Shown: positions 24,850 to 38,464 of the stretch, one piece after another
Position numbering within the stretch: position 1 is the stretch's first letter
Layout of the letters: the number at the start of each line of letters is the position of its first letter
DNA from: Blasia pusilla
Lineage: Eukaryota
Reading direction: 5' to 3'
NCBI GenBank assembly: GCA_050084515.1
Contig: CM114271.1
Coordinates: 32,922,001-32,986,000, forward strand
DNA length: 64,000 nucleotides
The notes under the pieces: model-generated
What the model saw: the letters and a program-made list of their open reading frames with translations, nothing else
Databases searched by the model: none
Told to the model about the DNA's origin: nothing
Made by a program: the position numbers and the translations under genes

Positions 24850-27800
24850 GATCTCACCCAAATTCTGCAATTCCCAGTGCAGGGCAAGAATTCCTTCCAA
24901 GGTCTCTGTGGAGATGCGGCGGACGGAGAAATTTCGCCCTCTTCGGTCGAGCCAGTCAATCCGCCGCGCGGGCAAAACCTACACCGAGAGCGCTACCAAA
25001 CCCAAAAGATTTAGGGTTTAATAATGTCTCTACGGGTGACAAATGGATCGACTCGAAGTAACAACGCGGTTCTGAAGGGTTTGCCGCGGAATGGTTCTTG
25101 CCTTCAGTGGCCCATGCGAATACCCATGCTAACAATCAGGGGATGATATCAAAGACCTGGAGGAGAATCTCCCAGTTCAAACCGAGACTCTTCAGGAGGA
25201 TGGTGAAAGCAGGCAGACATATCCACCCCCTTCAATGGACGAAAATTCGGTCAGGCGGTGGCTCATTCGCTCCTGAAGATGCACACCAGACACCAGTAGA
25301 GAATCCTCGCTCACTTGCAGGCGCTTGGCCTAGCACTCCGACAGTGGTGGAACGGTTCTCTCTCCTTTCTCCTTCCGATAGAATTGGGAAGAGAAAGATA
25401 ATGCCACCTCTCTTTCCTTGTTCCCAAACAAAAGCTGGGATTAGATGATGCCAAGACTCTCTCTTATCTCGTATCCCCGTAGATCAGTCACTATGGGTAT
25501 TCATTTCTTTCGCCGTTCAGACACTTTCTGCCCGACTCTACGCGCGAGATAGAGATACGGACGAGGTGCGGAATGTGTGCGACCGACTCAGGTCGTGCAC
25601 TTGATCAGATGCTTGACAAGTCCCTCTTGAAAATTCTAGCTCTTTGCTGAAAATAGAATCTTCATGGCAATTGTTACCCCAGGCCGGGCTGCGGAGATCT
25701 GGTCGGATGCTTCACCGCACATGTACTAGTCATCATTAGGAGAAAATAACCTAATGATAAACCTAAGTGTAGCCTAGACTCTTGAGCACTCCACGGAGTT
25801 CAACCCGGACGGATGCATGCCCATTCGGAAGGTGGTGCAATACGGTGCACCGGACCAGAAATTGGAAATCGACGAATCACATGAATGCTGAAAACTCCTT
25901 GGATCGGCGGGATTGTTTCTGTGCACTGGCGCAAAACCCTGCACCAGAAATTCAAATTGACAAAATCGTTGTGACCTGGAAGCTTTACCACAGATAGGGT
26001 TATGTGCAGTTGCACAACAATCCAGACCAAACAAAGAAATTTCGAATCGTTTATCCTGGGATCGCTGAGAGATACCGTGCAGTCGGGCGATATACTACAC
26101 AAGAAATGAAATGATGAATTACTTGAACCTCAGAAACTCTACGGATTCCACGCACTTGGGCGACTGACGAGAGAGATGAACACGGCGGGTAGAAAGGGGC
26201 AATTGTGTCCAGAGTGAACAGATTTAATTTTGAAAGAAGGCAAACGGTCCTGGTGAAGCACGCAGACTAGTTGTTCGGTAGATTAATCGAGGCGGTATGT
26301 GTACGAAACTACTCAATTATCTGAGATTCCGTTGAACCTGACAAACCACTAGACAATCTTGGAGCCAAAAATCCCAAGCAGTGCCTCAGTAACTATTCAA
26401 ATCTCTGCTGTTCTTTCAAACCTGGAGGAATCACAAAGACGAAGAAAGGAACGTGCGATGAACGACTGATTGTCATTGAATCTCTTCCGCTGAGGCAGAG
26501 TTGGAGTCTACCTGTGTCTACGCAGCACCGGCAGGGTCGCATGGGAAGTTCAAGGATGCCTGAACGGGGAGAAAAGTGAACCGGTGAGTTCAGTGAAAAA
26601 CACTAGAGGGTGCGTCTCGGTATGCGGATTAGGGCGAGCGGCCGCGCGTGTGCGGATACTCTGTCCGGTAAACATCGCGTTGGAAGCAGGCCGTCGGCTG
26701 CAGACGGGTAGTGGAACTTGCCGCAGCGATGACATGCGGTGCCTGCAATCGCCTTGACGATTTGGCGATGTTCGCGAGGAGATGTAATGCTGTTGACTTG
26801 AAAACACCGGGGGTCAGGCCGACGCTTGGCCGGATCGCTGCTCTCTTCAGTTCAGTTGAGGGGCATGCATTCATACGCTGTTGACTCCAGATCACCAGAC
26901 CGGACGGACGGGTCTAAGAGGCTACGCACGGCGTAGAGTTGAAGACGACACCTTTCTCGGGACCAACCACACAACACTGTGTAAGATCGTCTATAGTGTG
27001 CCACGTCTTGGTAGTGCGATACCTCGCGAGGCCTCCGCCGCATCACAGAGGCGGTCTCTCGAGGGTACGCGCGTCCGGACTCCGAGCTGCATCTCCTGGA
27101 CGGAAAGTGCAGGCGGTGGGATGCAGGTGTCTGCGGGCGAGACGGAGATTCGTCGGGTATGATCCGATGAGGTCAAGGGCGGCATCCTGAAGTTCGTCGA
27201 GGCAAGTCAAAGCTTTGACGAGGTGATGGCTAGGGTATTGAATGAGAGCGGAAGTAGGCTGGGATGTCTCCTCGTCCGACGCCCCTTCCTTTCGAGAGGT
27301 TAGATACCGGCTACTAGAAAGAAAAAGAACGAAAACAAGTCGTGAACAAAAGGGGTCGGTGGAAAGGAACATTGCTGCCACCGGGCACGCCTGGATTTCT
27401 CATACTCTCGGCCATTTTAGCAACGACTGCCGGGGTTGGCCCGGGACCCAAGAAATTCGACCGGAGTCAAGCCCCGGAGTCCACAATCATTAAGCGCTGA
27501 TTTCTTCCCCATCGGACGGAGCCGAGCACGGAACCCTTTGCTCTCCCTCTCGCCCGGGGCTCGATCGAGGTGCGGGTGTCTGGGAGCCTGGGGCAACAGG
27601 AGGAGAGCGCTCGGCACTCGTACGAGTCGAGTCGCACGGGAGGGATCGCCGCCGTCTCCACACAAAAGATAGCGAACGGAAGATGCTCCGTTCGCGCATG
27701 AGTAGGACCGTACATCTTTGCCGTGGGAGGCCGAGGCCGATGGCAACCTCCCTCGCTCAACGATTCCCGCCCAGTGCCCAGTGCCCACCCACACGGAGGT

Positions 27801-30007
27801 CAGTCCAGCCGTAACATACCGTCTCCGAATCGTTAGGGACTCGAGGGGCGGAAAATATCCCCAGTACAGTAGTACGGTCATGAGCGAGCGATCACGCAGA
27901 GGAGGCGACAATTCCTTTCATGATCGTCTCCCCGTCCGTCCGTCCGTCCGTCCGTCTGCACAACTAACGGAACCAAACCTTCCAGCAGCCTCCAGCTGGG
28001 CAGACCTGGACGCCGTGCCGTGTGCTCCAGATTCCGAGCCAGATAACAAACAGATTTTCGAGCGGGTACGAGATCCCGAGGGCCCAACAAGCGAACCTGT
28101 TATCTGACGCCAAAGAAGCGACTTTCTACAAGAAGTTTTAATCTTCGCCGACCGAGTCACCGACTCCCCCCGGAAACAGCGGCAAGCTTCTCGAGGCGAA
28201 GTAAGTGACGAATCCAGATTCAAGAACGAGCCGGTTGGCGCAGGTCACCCATGCGAGAGACCAGTAAGTGACTTTCCGGGGGTCTGTGCCCGTAGCTGCC
28301 CCGCCTGCCTGGTGTCGTGTCATTGGCTGCAACCATAATGGGCCCATCGGAAACATGTGAGGTACGTGATGTAGTTGGCCACATCATGAACGATCGACTC
28401 CGTTCATTTAATAGGCACGGTAATAAAGTAATCATATCAGACCAGGTGGCTTACAGATGGACATGCTTGAGTGGGTACTCTGCCACGTTGGAAGCCGTCC
28501 GCCCGGAAGCGTGCAGGTCCAGTAAAGAGAGGTAAAGACACTTCAAGTCAAGCTCGACGAACGTAGAAGACAGCAGGACATCCGAAGCCTCGGGATTTGG
28601 GTTACCGCCAAGTAACCTCTGTACAAGTCAGCCTGGCACTACGTATTGCCCAGCCCTGAGCTCTTCGGAGGCTCGGAGACGTTGGAACTTGGAGACCATC
28701 TGCTGACGGCAGTCACCGTCGCTGCACGGCGATCCTCTCTGTGCTATCAATGACGACCGGACACCTGGGATGGTAGCCGGTCAACGTGGCTTCAGCCACC
28801 AGTGACCTGCGGGGAACCCCTAAAGGTCGCACGCTACTCAACACATAAAATACTATCAATAAAAGACATCTGGCCATAGAATTTTTGTTCCTTTTCGTAA
28901 TTTATCGCTACTATTCATTGCCTCCATGAACGCTTCTAGATTTTCATAACAAACTGGGGACACGAATGTGAAAAGGTACTTGTACTACTATTGTTTGTGA
29001 TTTATCAATATTTCTTAGTTTTTCATTAATTATCCAAATGTGTAGATCATATGTTTTTTTATTTGCAAATAGTTGTGTGCTTCAAGTGGTAATTGGGCAC
29101 TAAGAAAATGATTTATATATTATGGGTAGCGAAAAAAAATTAATTTTTTGTGCAGCATCATTAGTCCTTTCATTCTCGTGCATAGCATGAGTTGTACAAT
29201 ATTGTACATTGATATCGGAATTGTGTTTTAAAAAAAATGAACTTCACTTTTTTAGTTATTTATTCATGGAAATCGATATATATATATATATTCACACGTA
29301 ATTCATGTGAACTTTTTATGTCCACTGCTTTTGAATCTCGTGTGTTTTTTTTTTATCTCCAAAGTATTTTCCACACAAGTGCTTATTTTTCCAAATATTT
29401 AAACGTACACCATTAAATAGAGGGGTCCCATGTTATTAAGATTATGATCAATCTATACTATTATTGGAGAGCTATTTTTCATTTTGCAAATTCTCTTTTG
29501 CCATTTGCCATTTTTAATCAATAGGATGGTTTGCCTTACGCATCAATAGATTCATTCAAAATTAATTTTAAATGGGAAATTAAGAGCTTAATTATGGGAT
29601 GTGTGTATCTTGCAGCTTACCCTATTCTAAATTATTATCATAACAAAAATAGCGAGATAAGAAAATTTATAAAAGTTAGTTCAAGTTTTATGCTTTTGGA
29701 AACGAAAAATGAATTCAAATTTTGAGAGAGAGGGAGTGGTTTAATTAATGAAGAATAGTTGATATTTTTAGGAAGAAAGGGGATGTTGATTAGTCTTTAT
29801 AAAAGAGTGGGAATTTTGAAATAAGATTTAAAACTTTATGGAGCCTCGGGGTATTACTTCAACCTTTTTTTAAGGAGTGGAGTTATTTAATGGCCTTATC
29901 CTATAAGGTTGTTATTTAAGAAATGGCCATCTAGCCGAGATCACCGATTAGCCGATGGTTCTCGATCACTATTAGGAAATAAAGATAGTCCGTCTACTTG
30001 TCTAGTT

Positions 30008-32491
30008 ATAGCTAGGTTCTCAAACGCCATAGGCATGACTCTCCAAAAGAGCTCAGCCCGCTAAGAACACACTCGTACCCATACGTCTGGATCGTTGAGG
30101 TCAAGTACCTCAACCACATCTCGTCAAATCGACGCCGGTAACTCTGGCTCTCTCTCATAGAGCAAGAAATATGGTGAAAATTATGCCACGGATACCTGCC
30201 CACTGAAGCGGTAATCCATCGCCAACCACGGCAACTGTAGGTCCCAATCTCCCAAGAGTCCTCTTTGTAGTCAATACTTGCGCAATCCTCTCTTCACCGT
30301 GTGCACAACTCTCTCTTCCAAACCATCTGCCTCCGGATGATCTCGAGAAGTCGTACGATGATCTATCAATGCCTGATCACACAAGGCCTAAAAGTCACCC
30401 CTAAACTCAGTACCATGGTCCGTCAACATCTTTGTTGGTGCGCCGAAGTGACTAAGCACTCTATTAAGAAATGCATAAGCTGCTCCCTCACTCGACCTAT
30501 CTGGCAACGCTACCAACTCAATCCACTTGGAGAAGTGCTCCACCATGACCAACACGTACCGACTATGGCGTCCTGTCAATGGTAAAGGCCCTACAAAGTC
30601 TAAACTTGAGCGATACCCTAACCCCATGATCGGTAAAGGATGCAAGTGTGGTGTCGGAGCATTGAACGATGCCCGCACCCTACCACATACAATGCACCTG
30701 GCTACAAACTATTAAACATCAGTCTGCATACCATGCCACCAATACTGAATCTGAATCAAGCTATACGTACGCTTGACTCCAAAATGCCCTAACGCCTCGT
30801 GAGCATGTCTCACAACTCGTGCTCGCTATGAAGGATGCGGCACCATCCGCACTCGTCCATCTTCCGAAACTCAAAACACATGCGTCCCCTCCCACCTGAA
30901 CCTCCTGGCTCGCTCTAGGACTCAATCCCGCTCTCAAGCATCCACCGTGCTCGCTAAGACACCAGTGCGTAGGTACTCCAAAATCATCTCATCATCGTGG
31001 ATGTCTCTAGTTCCTGTCGACTCCTTACTAGCATCTGGATCTGAGGACTCACCATCCAACCTCCCTCCTAGAGTGGATGCCTCCTGCTGACCTGAAATAG
31101 CCAATAGACATAAATAGGCAGATGGGTGCCAACCCGTCACCATCTCCTCATCACTCTCGCCATGCCACCACGCTCAAGTCGCATCACTCTAGCTCGTGCG
31201 TGGGTTACGGCTCAACCCATCCGCATCCTGGTTCAGATGTCATGGGTGATGGAAAATCTGAAAATCATACTCCTTCAACATGAGTGACCATCTGGCAAGC
31301 TTCCCTATAAGCTTGTCAGACTCCATCAACCATCTGAGTGGCTGATGATCAGTGATGAGCGTGAAAGGGTTTCCGAAAAAATAACATCTAAAATGGGCCA
31401 CTCTCCACACTACAGCTAAGCACTCCCCCTCATAAGAACTGTACTTTGCCTCCGTAGCGTTGTTCGAGCAGCTCGCATATGCCACTACAAACTCCTTCCC
31501 CTCATCATCTCTCTAAGTGAGCACCGCTCCTAATCCCAACATACTCTACTCCGTATGTAACTACAGAGACAACCACATATAGGTATCCTCAAAATTGGTG
31601 AGGATGTCAACCTATCCTTGAGCTCTACAAATCCTTGCTCTTGATCATCTCCCCAAAATCACCCTTGGTCCAACCTAGTCAGCAAAGTCAATGCCTTCGC
31701 AATTGCACTAAAGCCCTTCACATACCATCGGTAGTAGTTTGCCAATCCCATGAAAGCTCAAACTTGACTCACATTTGTAGGGCGGGGAATGCACGCTTTG
31801 GCCTCCACCTTTGTCTTCTGAACTCCAAAGCCCCCTAGATAAATGGTGTGTCCAAGATACTCGATCTGGTCATGGAAGAACCTGCACTTGCCTGGATGTA
31901 ACTTCAGCCCATGTAAAAACAATCGTCGAAACACCTCCTCCAGATGTCTCTCAAACTCCTCAACCGTGGCACTGAAGATGATAATGTCATCAATGTAACA
32001 TCTTGCATAATCCAAAACAGCCAAAATCCTATCCATAACTTGTTGAAAACCCGCAGAGATGTTCTTCAACCCAAATGGTAAGAACCGCCACTAGTACAAA
32101 CAATCCCTCCCAAAAGGATCTATCCCCTAAAATATTGTCTTCTCCCTATCCTCCACTCGGATGGGCAACTGATGATAGCCAGCATGGAGATCCAAACAAT
32201 TGAAGATCCTTGCATGCCCCACCGCATCAAAGATCTCCTTGAGAGTAGGCATAGCATAGAAATCAGCCTTCGTATGCCGATTGATTGGACTATAATCCCC
32301 ACACATCCGCCCATCGGTCCACTGGTCATGCATGTCCTTCTTCGCCGACATAACTGTGGCAGATGCATACTCTCCAAGCAATCTCTCCACCAGTCCAACA
32401 TCAGCCAAGTCTCAAATCCGACTCTGAATCACGGCTTGCTCCATGTTGGAATACCTGTAGAGTCGTCGGAAGATAGGAGTATCACTATCCA
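30008..32491 (-). mobile_element. Degenerate RT-RNase H-integrase fragment of the same Gypsy family
   Basis: YASATVMSAKKD, LDLHAGYHQLPI, CYIDDIIIFS, YSSYEGECLAVVW, SLDFVGPLP, LTDHGTEF; colinear with ~52980-55470; many stops. Confidence 0.93.
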
Positions 32492-34735
32492 ATTTTAGTG
32501 TAATTTTAGTTATGGAAAATATATATTTTAGTGTAATTTCCAAAAAAAAATCCTCCCCCTCCCCCCCCTCCTTCCCATATCCCTCCACTCCCACATAAAG
32601 CCCCTTCCTTCTCCCTCCTACTTTGCATTTTCCTCCTTATGCGCCTCCCTCCTACTCTAACCTTCCGTTACCTTCCCTGTGTTTCCTACTTGTTCTCGAT
32701 ATTTTTCCTATCTTTTTTTTAAAATCAATTTTAGTAGAGGCAAGTTTTTTTTTCTTTCCTTGCTTCCATTGGTCTTCTTTTCCATCATTATCTTCCACCT
32801 TTTTCCAATCGTGGATGTCTTAGATCTTCAGAGAAACAATGAATCATACTCCATTTTTATATTCTTGCTACTTATTTATTTTGTACTTGTAACTAAATTT
32901 ATTGATTCTTGTCCTCTTCTTTTCTATGGTAGATGTAGGAGGTCCCTCCTTCGTTCTCGTGCTCTCTTCTACTTCCACTCAATGATGACTAATAGTGCAG
33001 GTAGTATGCCACGTTTTATCTCCTCTTCTTGATAAATTTTACCCTAATCCATAGAATTCGTATGTCTTTTCATCACTGACATTAATTTAGTAAAAAGACA
33101 TCATCCAAATCATTTTAGAGTTGTCTTTCATTCGAGTGTCAATGCATTTGACTTACTTTATGATATGCTAAGGAGTTGATTAACACTAATCCTCTGCATT
33201 CCCTACGAGTGTTACCAAATGGATTGTAGAGTGTTGAGAAATAAGTCACTATCACTCTAGGATGTCTTTCCATAGGGGATCACACAAATGAGATGAAAGA
33301 GCATACTCAACCCACTCATTTACAAGCCCAACTTACATACACTTCCAAAAGTGATGTACGTTGCATGTGTTCTTCATAATATCATCATAGATAGAGAAGA
33401 TCCTATTGTCAATGGTCCTATAGATCCCTCCTCCTTCACAAGGATGCATGTACCAAAAAAATCCTAGCAATCCTCCAAAGAATGAAATAACACGTGATAG
33501 AAAAAGAAATTGTTACGCTCTTTTCAAGCAGGTCATGGCAGAAGCTCAATAGTAATTTCAACATGTGAAGAAAGTTGTATCATGGATCATGCTATAAGTA
33601 CATCATACATGCATATTTTTGTTTGCCATGTCTTATACATGGTCTATGAGAACCTGTGAATGGAGTTGCATTGCATCATGAAAGTTAGAGAGTGTTAGCA
33701 CTGATATATAATTTAAACACAAAATCCAATAGTGTTAACTTTCATATTCATTTGACATAAAATAAAAATATTTTTTTATGTTGATCTTTTGTCAATAAAC
33801 TTTCAACACCAATTCTATACATAAAAGTTTATGTAGAAAAAATTCATTACATAAATTCCATCATAAATACATGAAATGCATATTATATTCTAATCATTTA
33901 TATCAAAATAATGCAACATCAAGTTTTTTTTATGCATGTCATTAATGTCATAAGAATTTTTCTTGAACATAAGATCTAAAGATAACAAAGAAGTTGAATA
34001 TCTCTTGAATTAGGATCTCAAGATATGCCCTCAAAATCTCCTACTAATAACACTAGTGTAGTGTCCATGCCATGCATGGGAGTGAAGAGACTAATGATGC
34101 TATACACAAAATTTTGTTGCCCATAATATGGGAACCATTTTCTTGTTGCCTAGTTGCCATATGTAAAAAAGACATATGTTTGCAAATCAAGAAGGCACTC
34201 TCAAATAATAATATAGATGGGAAAATGTTGTAGAGATCATTGTGAAGGCAAGTGCATTATGTTTTAGGACTTGTAGATCTAATTTTCATTGCTCAAGATC
34301 TTATCTGTGAGCACGATTTATAATATATTCTATGGAATCAACATTTTGCTGGATGGCTTAGCCCATTGATTTCCTAAGTCGTTGTGATTCTCTAATCCCA
34401 ACATTGAGGCTCTTCTTTTTCACAAATTCCTCTTCACAATACCACATAACCATAAGAAAAGTTATTTGTTCAATTGAAAATATGAAATTATTTTGAATAT
34501 CTAAATATTCCAAGTAGCCATAATATGGATGAAAACAATTATTATGAGAACCTTGAATAGGAGAAGATCCACGAGGGGAACTGCTTGAAGACGGTTTGGT
34601 AAACATGCCTTTTGAACCCCATTGGGATCTCAAATGATTCTACCTCTACATTAATCAACAAGAAACTAGTAACAACCCAAATTTTCATGTTATGTGATAT
34701 TTAACAAGAAATAAACATTATCATTCATATACCGT

Positions 34736-34793
34736 GAGTCATGGGTGGACTCGTGAGAGTCATGGGTGGACTCATGGGAGTCATGGGTGGACT
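34736..34793. repeat. 21-bp minisatellite, ~3 copies
   Basis: GAGTCATGGGTGGACTC(G/A)TG(A/G) repeated. Confidence 0.9.
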
Positions 34794-35147
34794 TTTGGTT
34801 GTATAAGGAGTTCCTTCCTTTAATTGTTGAATACCCAAAAGTACCGCCACTTCCATGGCCATTCATCAAATTATCTTCCATTTCCAATCATAAAAATGTA
34901 CTAAAAAATGACATAAGTGTCACATGAAAAATGAAAATTTTTTAAGACGTGAGATTATAAGGTTTTGCTTAAACTAAGTTACCTTTTTTTATTTGTTCAC
35001 AACAATATTCCATTTTTTCTTAGATGCTTACCATCACAAACGGGCAAGCTTGCAAGAAATAATTTTAGAAGCATCTATTCTTAAAGCAATAGTCAACCAT
35101 TTTTTCCCAATTTTGCTTATTTAACTCTCTTCTTTCCATCTCATCTT

Positions 35148-35817
35148 TGTCACGTCTCTTAGGATAGATCAGTGAGATCTAGTAGAGCGCCTTTGTGAGT
35201 AGCGGAGAACATGCTTATTAGGTCAAGGATGACCTGTTGAGGCCCCGGGAAACTTGAGAGAGCAGGTTTTCCCTTCGTTTCGGCTTATTTGGAGTCATAT
35301 TGAGGAACTTACTATTTTAGGTAATTACCAGTGTGAGTATATGATTGACTTTCTATTTTTGGCAAGCGATCCTCGACCTCCTACATCAGGTCAAGAGCCA
35401 AGGAGGTGACTTGGGAGAATAGGCTATCATTGAGAGAGTTTGGGAGAGGGGAGATGTATACCTCAAGGAGAGAGAGAGTTTGAGAGCTCATTCTCTCTTT
35501 GTTGAACCTCTTGGTATGAGGTGGCGGAGTTATGATCCCTTGCCTTGTGAGTGTAACCCAAGCCTCTCATTAGGAGAGTGGGTTTGGTTTGACATGAGAG
35601 AGAGTGCACACCTTTGAGAGCTATGGTGTGAGATGGTGTAGAGAGAGATTGGATCTTACTTTAATTGGAGATATTTTGGTACTTATTGTCTCGTTGTTTG
35701 GATGCCATGAGTTAGCATGGGATCGTGATGCCATAAGTTAGCATGGGATCGTGCATGTTTGTGTGTGTGTTCAGTGACACAGATGTATGTTGTGTCTCAA
35801 TGTGTATGCACACGACA
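35148..35817 (+). mobile_element. Solo terminal-repeat unit (A+B, 670 bp) with perfect 4-bp TSD TCTT
   Basis: TGTCACG...GCACACGACA, with TCTT at 35144-35147 and 35818-35821. Homologous to 5335-5974 and 56229-56864. Confidence 0.92.
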
Positions 35818-37038
35818 TCTTGTTTTGCTACAATCAAAATTTTGATCTGGGAAGGCATCCATTGAATCAATTACACATTACGTTATGGTACTTGGGGGTC
35901 AAGTACCACACAATCCTCCTCTATATGATTTCTTTCTTATAATGAAAAAAAAGCGTATGAGTGAGATTGCTAAGTTTATCATGCGCATACACATTGTTGA
36001 TCACATATACACCACACTTTCCCAACACACGGATAGATCCGCACGTATAAAAGAATGAACTCATGTATGTACATTGAGATCGCATGACTAAATGAGAGTA
36101 AAAAGGTGTCATACAACCAACTCCACTCTCAAATCTACATTGACCTATCGAGCCACATTCAGCCTTCGCTATGAGGGAATTCGTACACTAGCATCCTAGT
36201 TCATGCTACACACCAACAAGAGAGATGCTCCAAAGGCCCAACATGAGAAAGATGGGTTAAAAAAGCCATCTCTCCCTCTCTTATAGCCTTGGGAAGAACC
36301 AAAAGGCTCTTTCTCCAAAAATAATCATTCTCAATAGTAACCTATGTACATAGATTACCGAGTGACCTCGACTCAATTAATAGGCGACTTGGACAAAAAA
36401 GAGCAAAAGAGGGAAATCATAAGAAATGAAGTTCTTGATACAATCAACCCATCTTTAACCTTATCCAATACTTCAAGACGAAGTTACACCAAAACAACCT
36501 TTAAAAAAGTTAAAAAAATTTATCCGAATACGGGAATGTCTCACCGGATTACACATCTTTCTCGGAACAAAGATCGGATTCACCTTAACACTGAAATAGA
36601 CAAAATCTCGAACACCAACAATTATTTCTAGGTGGCCGCCATTCCAGTGCACGGCGGACAGCGGACGGTCTAATTGGCAGTCTCGGTGACCACGGACGGT
36701 GCGCCGTGACGGCAGCCAACGGCTACACCCCAGGAACGCGGGGGATCCCCGGGCGGTCCCAGGGAGGCGGCGCGCAGGGCCCCGGGCTAGCTAGCTGGCA
36801 GTGAGAGCGCTTTTCTGCGCTCACCGCCTGATGATCGACCCCCCTCGCGGGCGGTTTCTGTCCGAGGCGGGAGCGGGACTCAGGGAGTGTGCGTATAAGT
36901 GTAGAGCCACACCGCCTTCCTTCCGACCCGACCGCTGTCCGAAATCACTCCGCGTTTTGCAGTCCTCGAGAGCTAGTCGGCGTAACCGAAAATCCACCGA
37001 GAGCGCCAGCAGAGAGGGCAAGCTGACAGTGAATTAGC

Positions 37039-38464
37039 ATGTCGTCAATGGAGACTTCGCTGCCCGTGTCGTCGGAGGAGAAGGGTTACAAGAACGGAGG
37101 CGCAGTCGCAGCTAAGCCGGCCCATAGTGCCGCTGTCACAGTTCTCAGGCTGCTCACGTTCGCCGCAACGCTCTCGGCGTTCGTTGCGATGATCACTGAT
37201 AAGCAGAGCCGGACCGTGAATACCCCGCTCGGACGCCTCAAGCTGTGGGCCAAGTATCATTACTCGGACGCGTTCATGTAAGTAGAAGATGTCACCTGCT
37301 TGAGCATTTCGGTTCTCGGTCGCATTGCATCAAAACGCACAGCGCCTTCGATGTCGGACTTGTAAGTTCGTCAGCCGAAACCCGGATATTCTGGAATATC
37401 GGTTGTCTGCTCGGCTGCAGCCCAACGCATGGAGGAAGTCCTGTGTCTCGGGGGCGTTAACGGGCGTCTCATACTTGCGGGCCCGGTCTCTTCTGGCAGC
37501 CCCCGGCCGCGTTCGCCCTTCGTACGGTGGTCCGGTCGAGTCTCTAGTCAAATCTCTTGATTTCGCTCCATTTCGCTCGTCGCGTATCTGCAAGACCTGG
37601 TTCTACTTCAGAGCTATTCCTAGGGGGTGTCATGATCCAGAGTCTCGGAGTGCGGTCAAGGAAACCCTGCGCGAGCTGGGGTTCGACTCTGGAAAGAGGG
37701 AAGAAAATAGGTCTAGGTATAGACTGCATTCACGTGAAGAACGCGTAGTGATTTCCCTCATGGCTTGGTGGAGGGTATAGACAACGGACAGCGATAACCA
37801 CGACTGCGTCCAGTCCGGTGCAAACCAGCGCGATGTCGAAAGCGCCCTTGGGTTCTCTGGCGTCTTTTGGCAAGGGTAACCAGAGCAGCCGGAAGGCGAA
37901 TTCCTGCTCCGCTAGTCGGAAAATTGTGCGGATGACATCGGTTGGGAACACTCTCGGTTTCTCTATATTTTCAGACTCATGGGAGTTTACTGACCACCTC
38001 CTTTGTGGCTGGTTTCTGTTCAGGTGGTTTGTGACCGCCAACGGTATTGGATTTGTGTACGCACTAGTGGCCACTTTACTCGGCACAGTCGCTCACCCTC
38101 CAGCCCTTGCCAAGCTTCTCCTGACGACAGACTTGGTATGTAAATCTCACCTTTCTTGACTTCTCAGAGTCGATCATGCATTGCTGCTGAGGTGAGATAT
38201 TTCATGGAAGATGGGATGCGCCGAACCTGAGCTGTTTTACCGCATATGTCGCAGCTTGTAGCGAGCATATTGATGTCGGGAGCAGCAGCAGCTACTGCTG
38301 TCGCGTACATTGGAAAGCGTGGAATTGTAGAAACCAACTGGTCGGAGATCTGCAACACATTCGAGAAATACTGTCATCATATTCTTGGCGCTTTGGTTGC
38401 CGGATTCCTTGGGTGGTTGTTCTTGACCATCGCCGTAATAATTGGCCTGCAAAGGCGCCACTGA
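37039..38464 (+). CDS. CASP-like (DUF588/MARVEL-related) four-TM protein, CASPL1-type, ~186 aa. Exons 37039-37277, 38024-38135, 38255-38464
   Basis: VLRLLTFAATLSAFVAMITDKQ..AKYHYSDAFMWFVTANGIGFVYAL..TDLLVASILMSGAAAATAVAYIGKRG..NWSEICNTFEKYCHHI; two GT-AG introns with compatible phases. Confidence 0.92.

Noticed and set aside
24388-25014. 208-aa plus-strand ORF
   Set aside because: Antisense shadow of the lectin CDS
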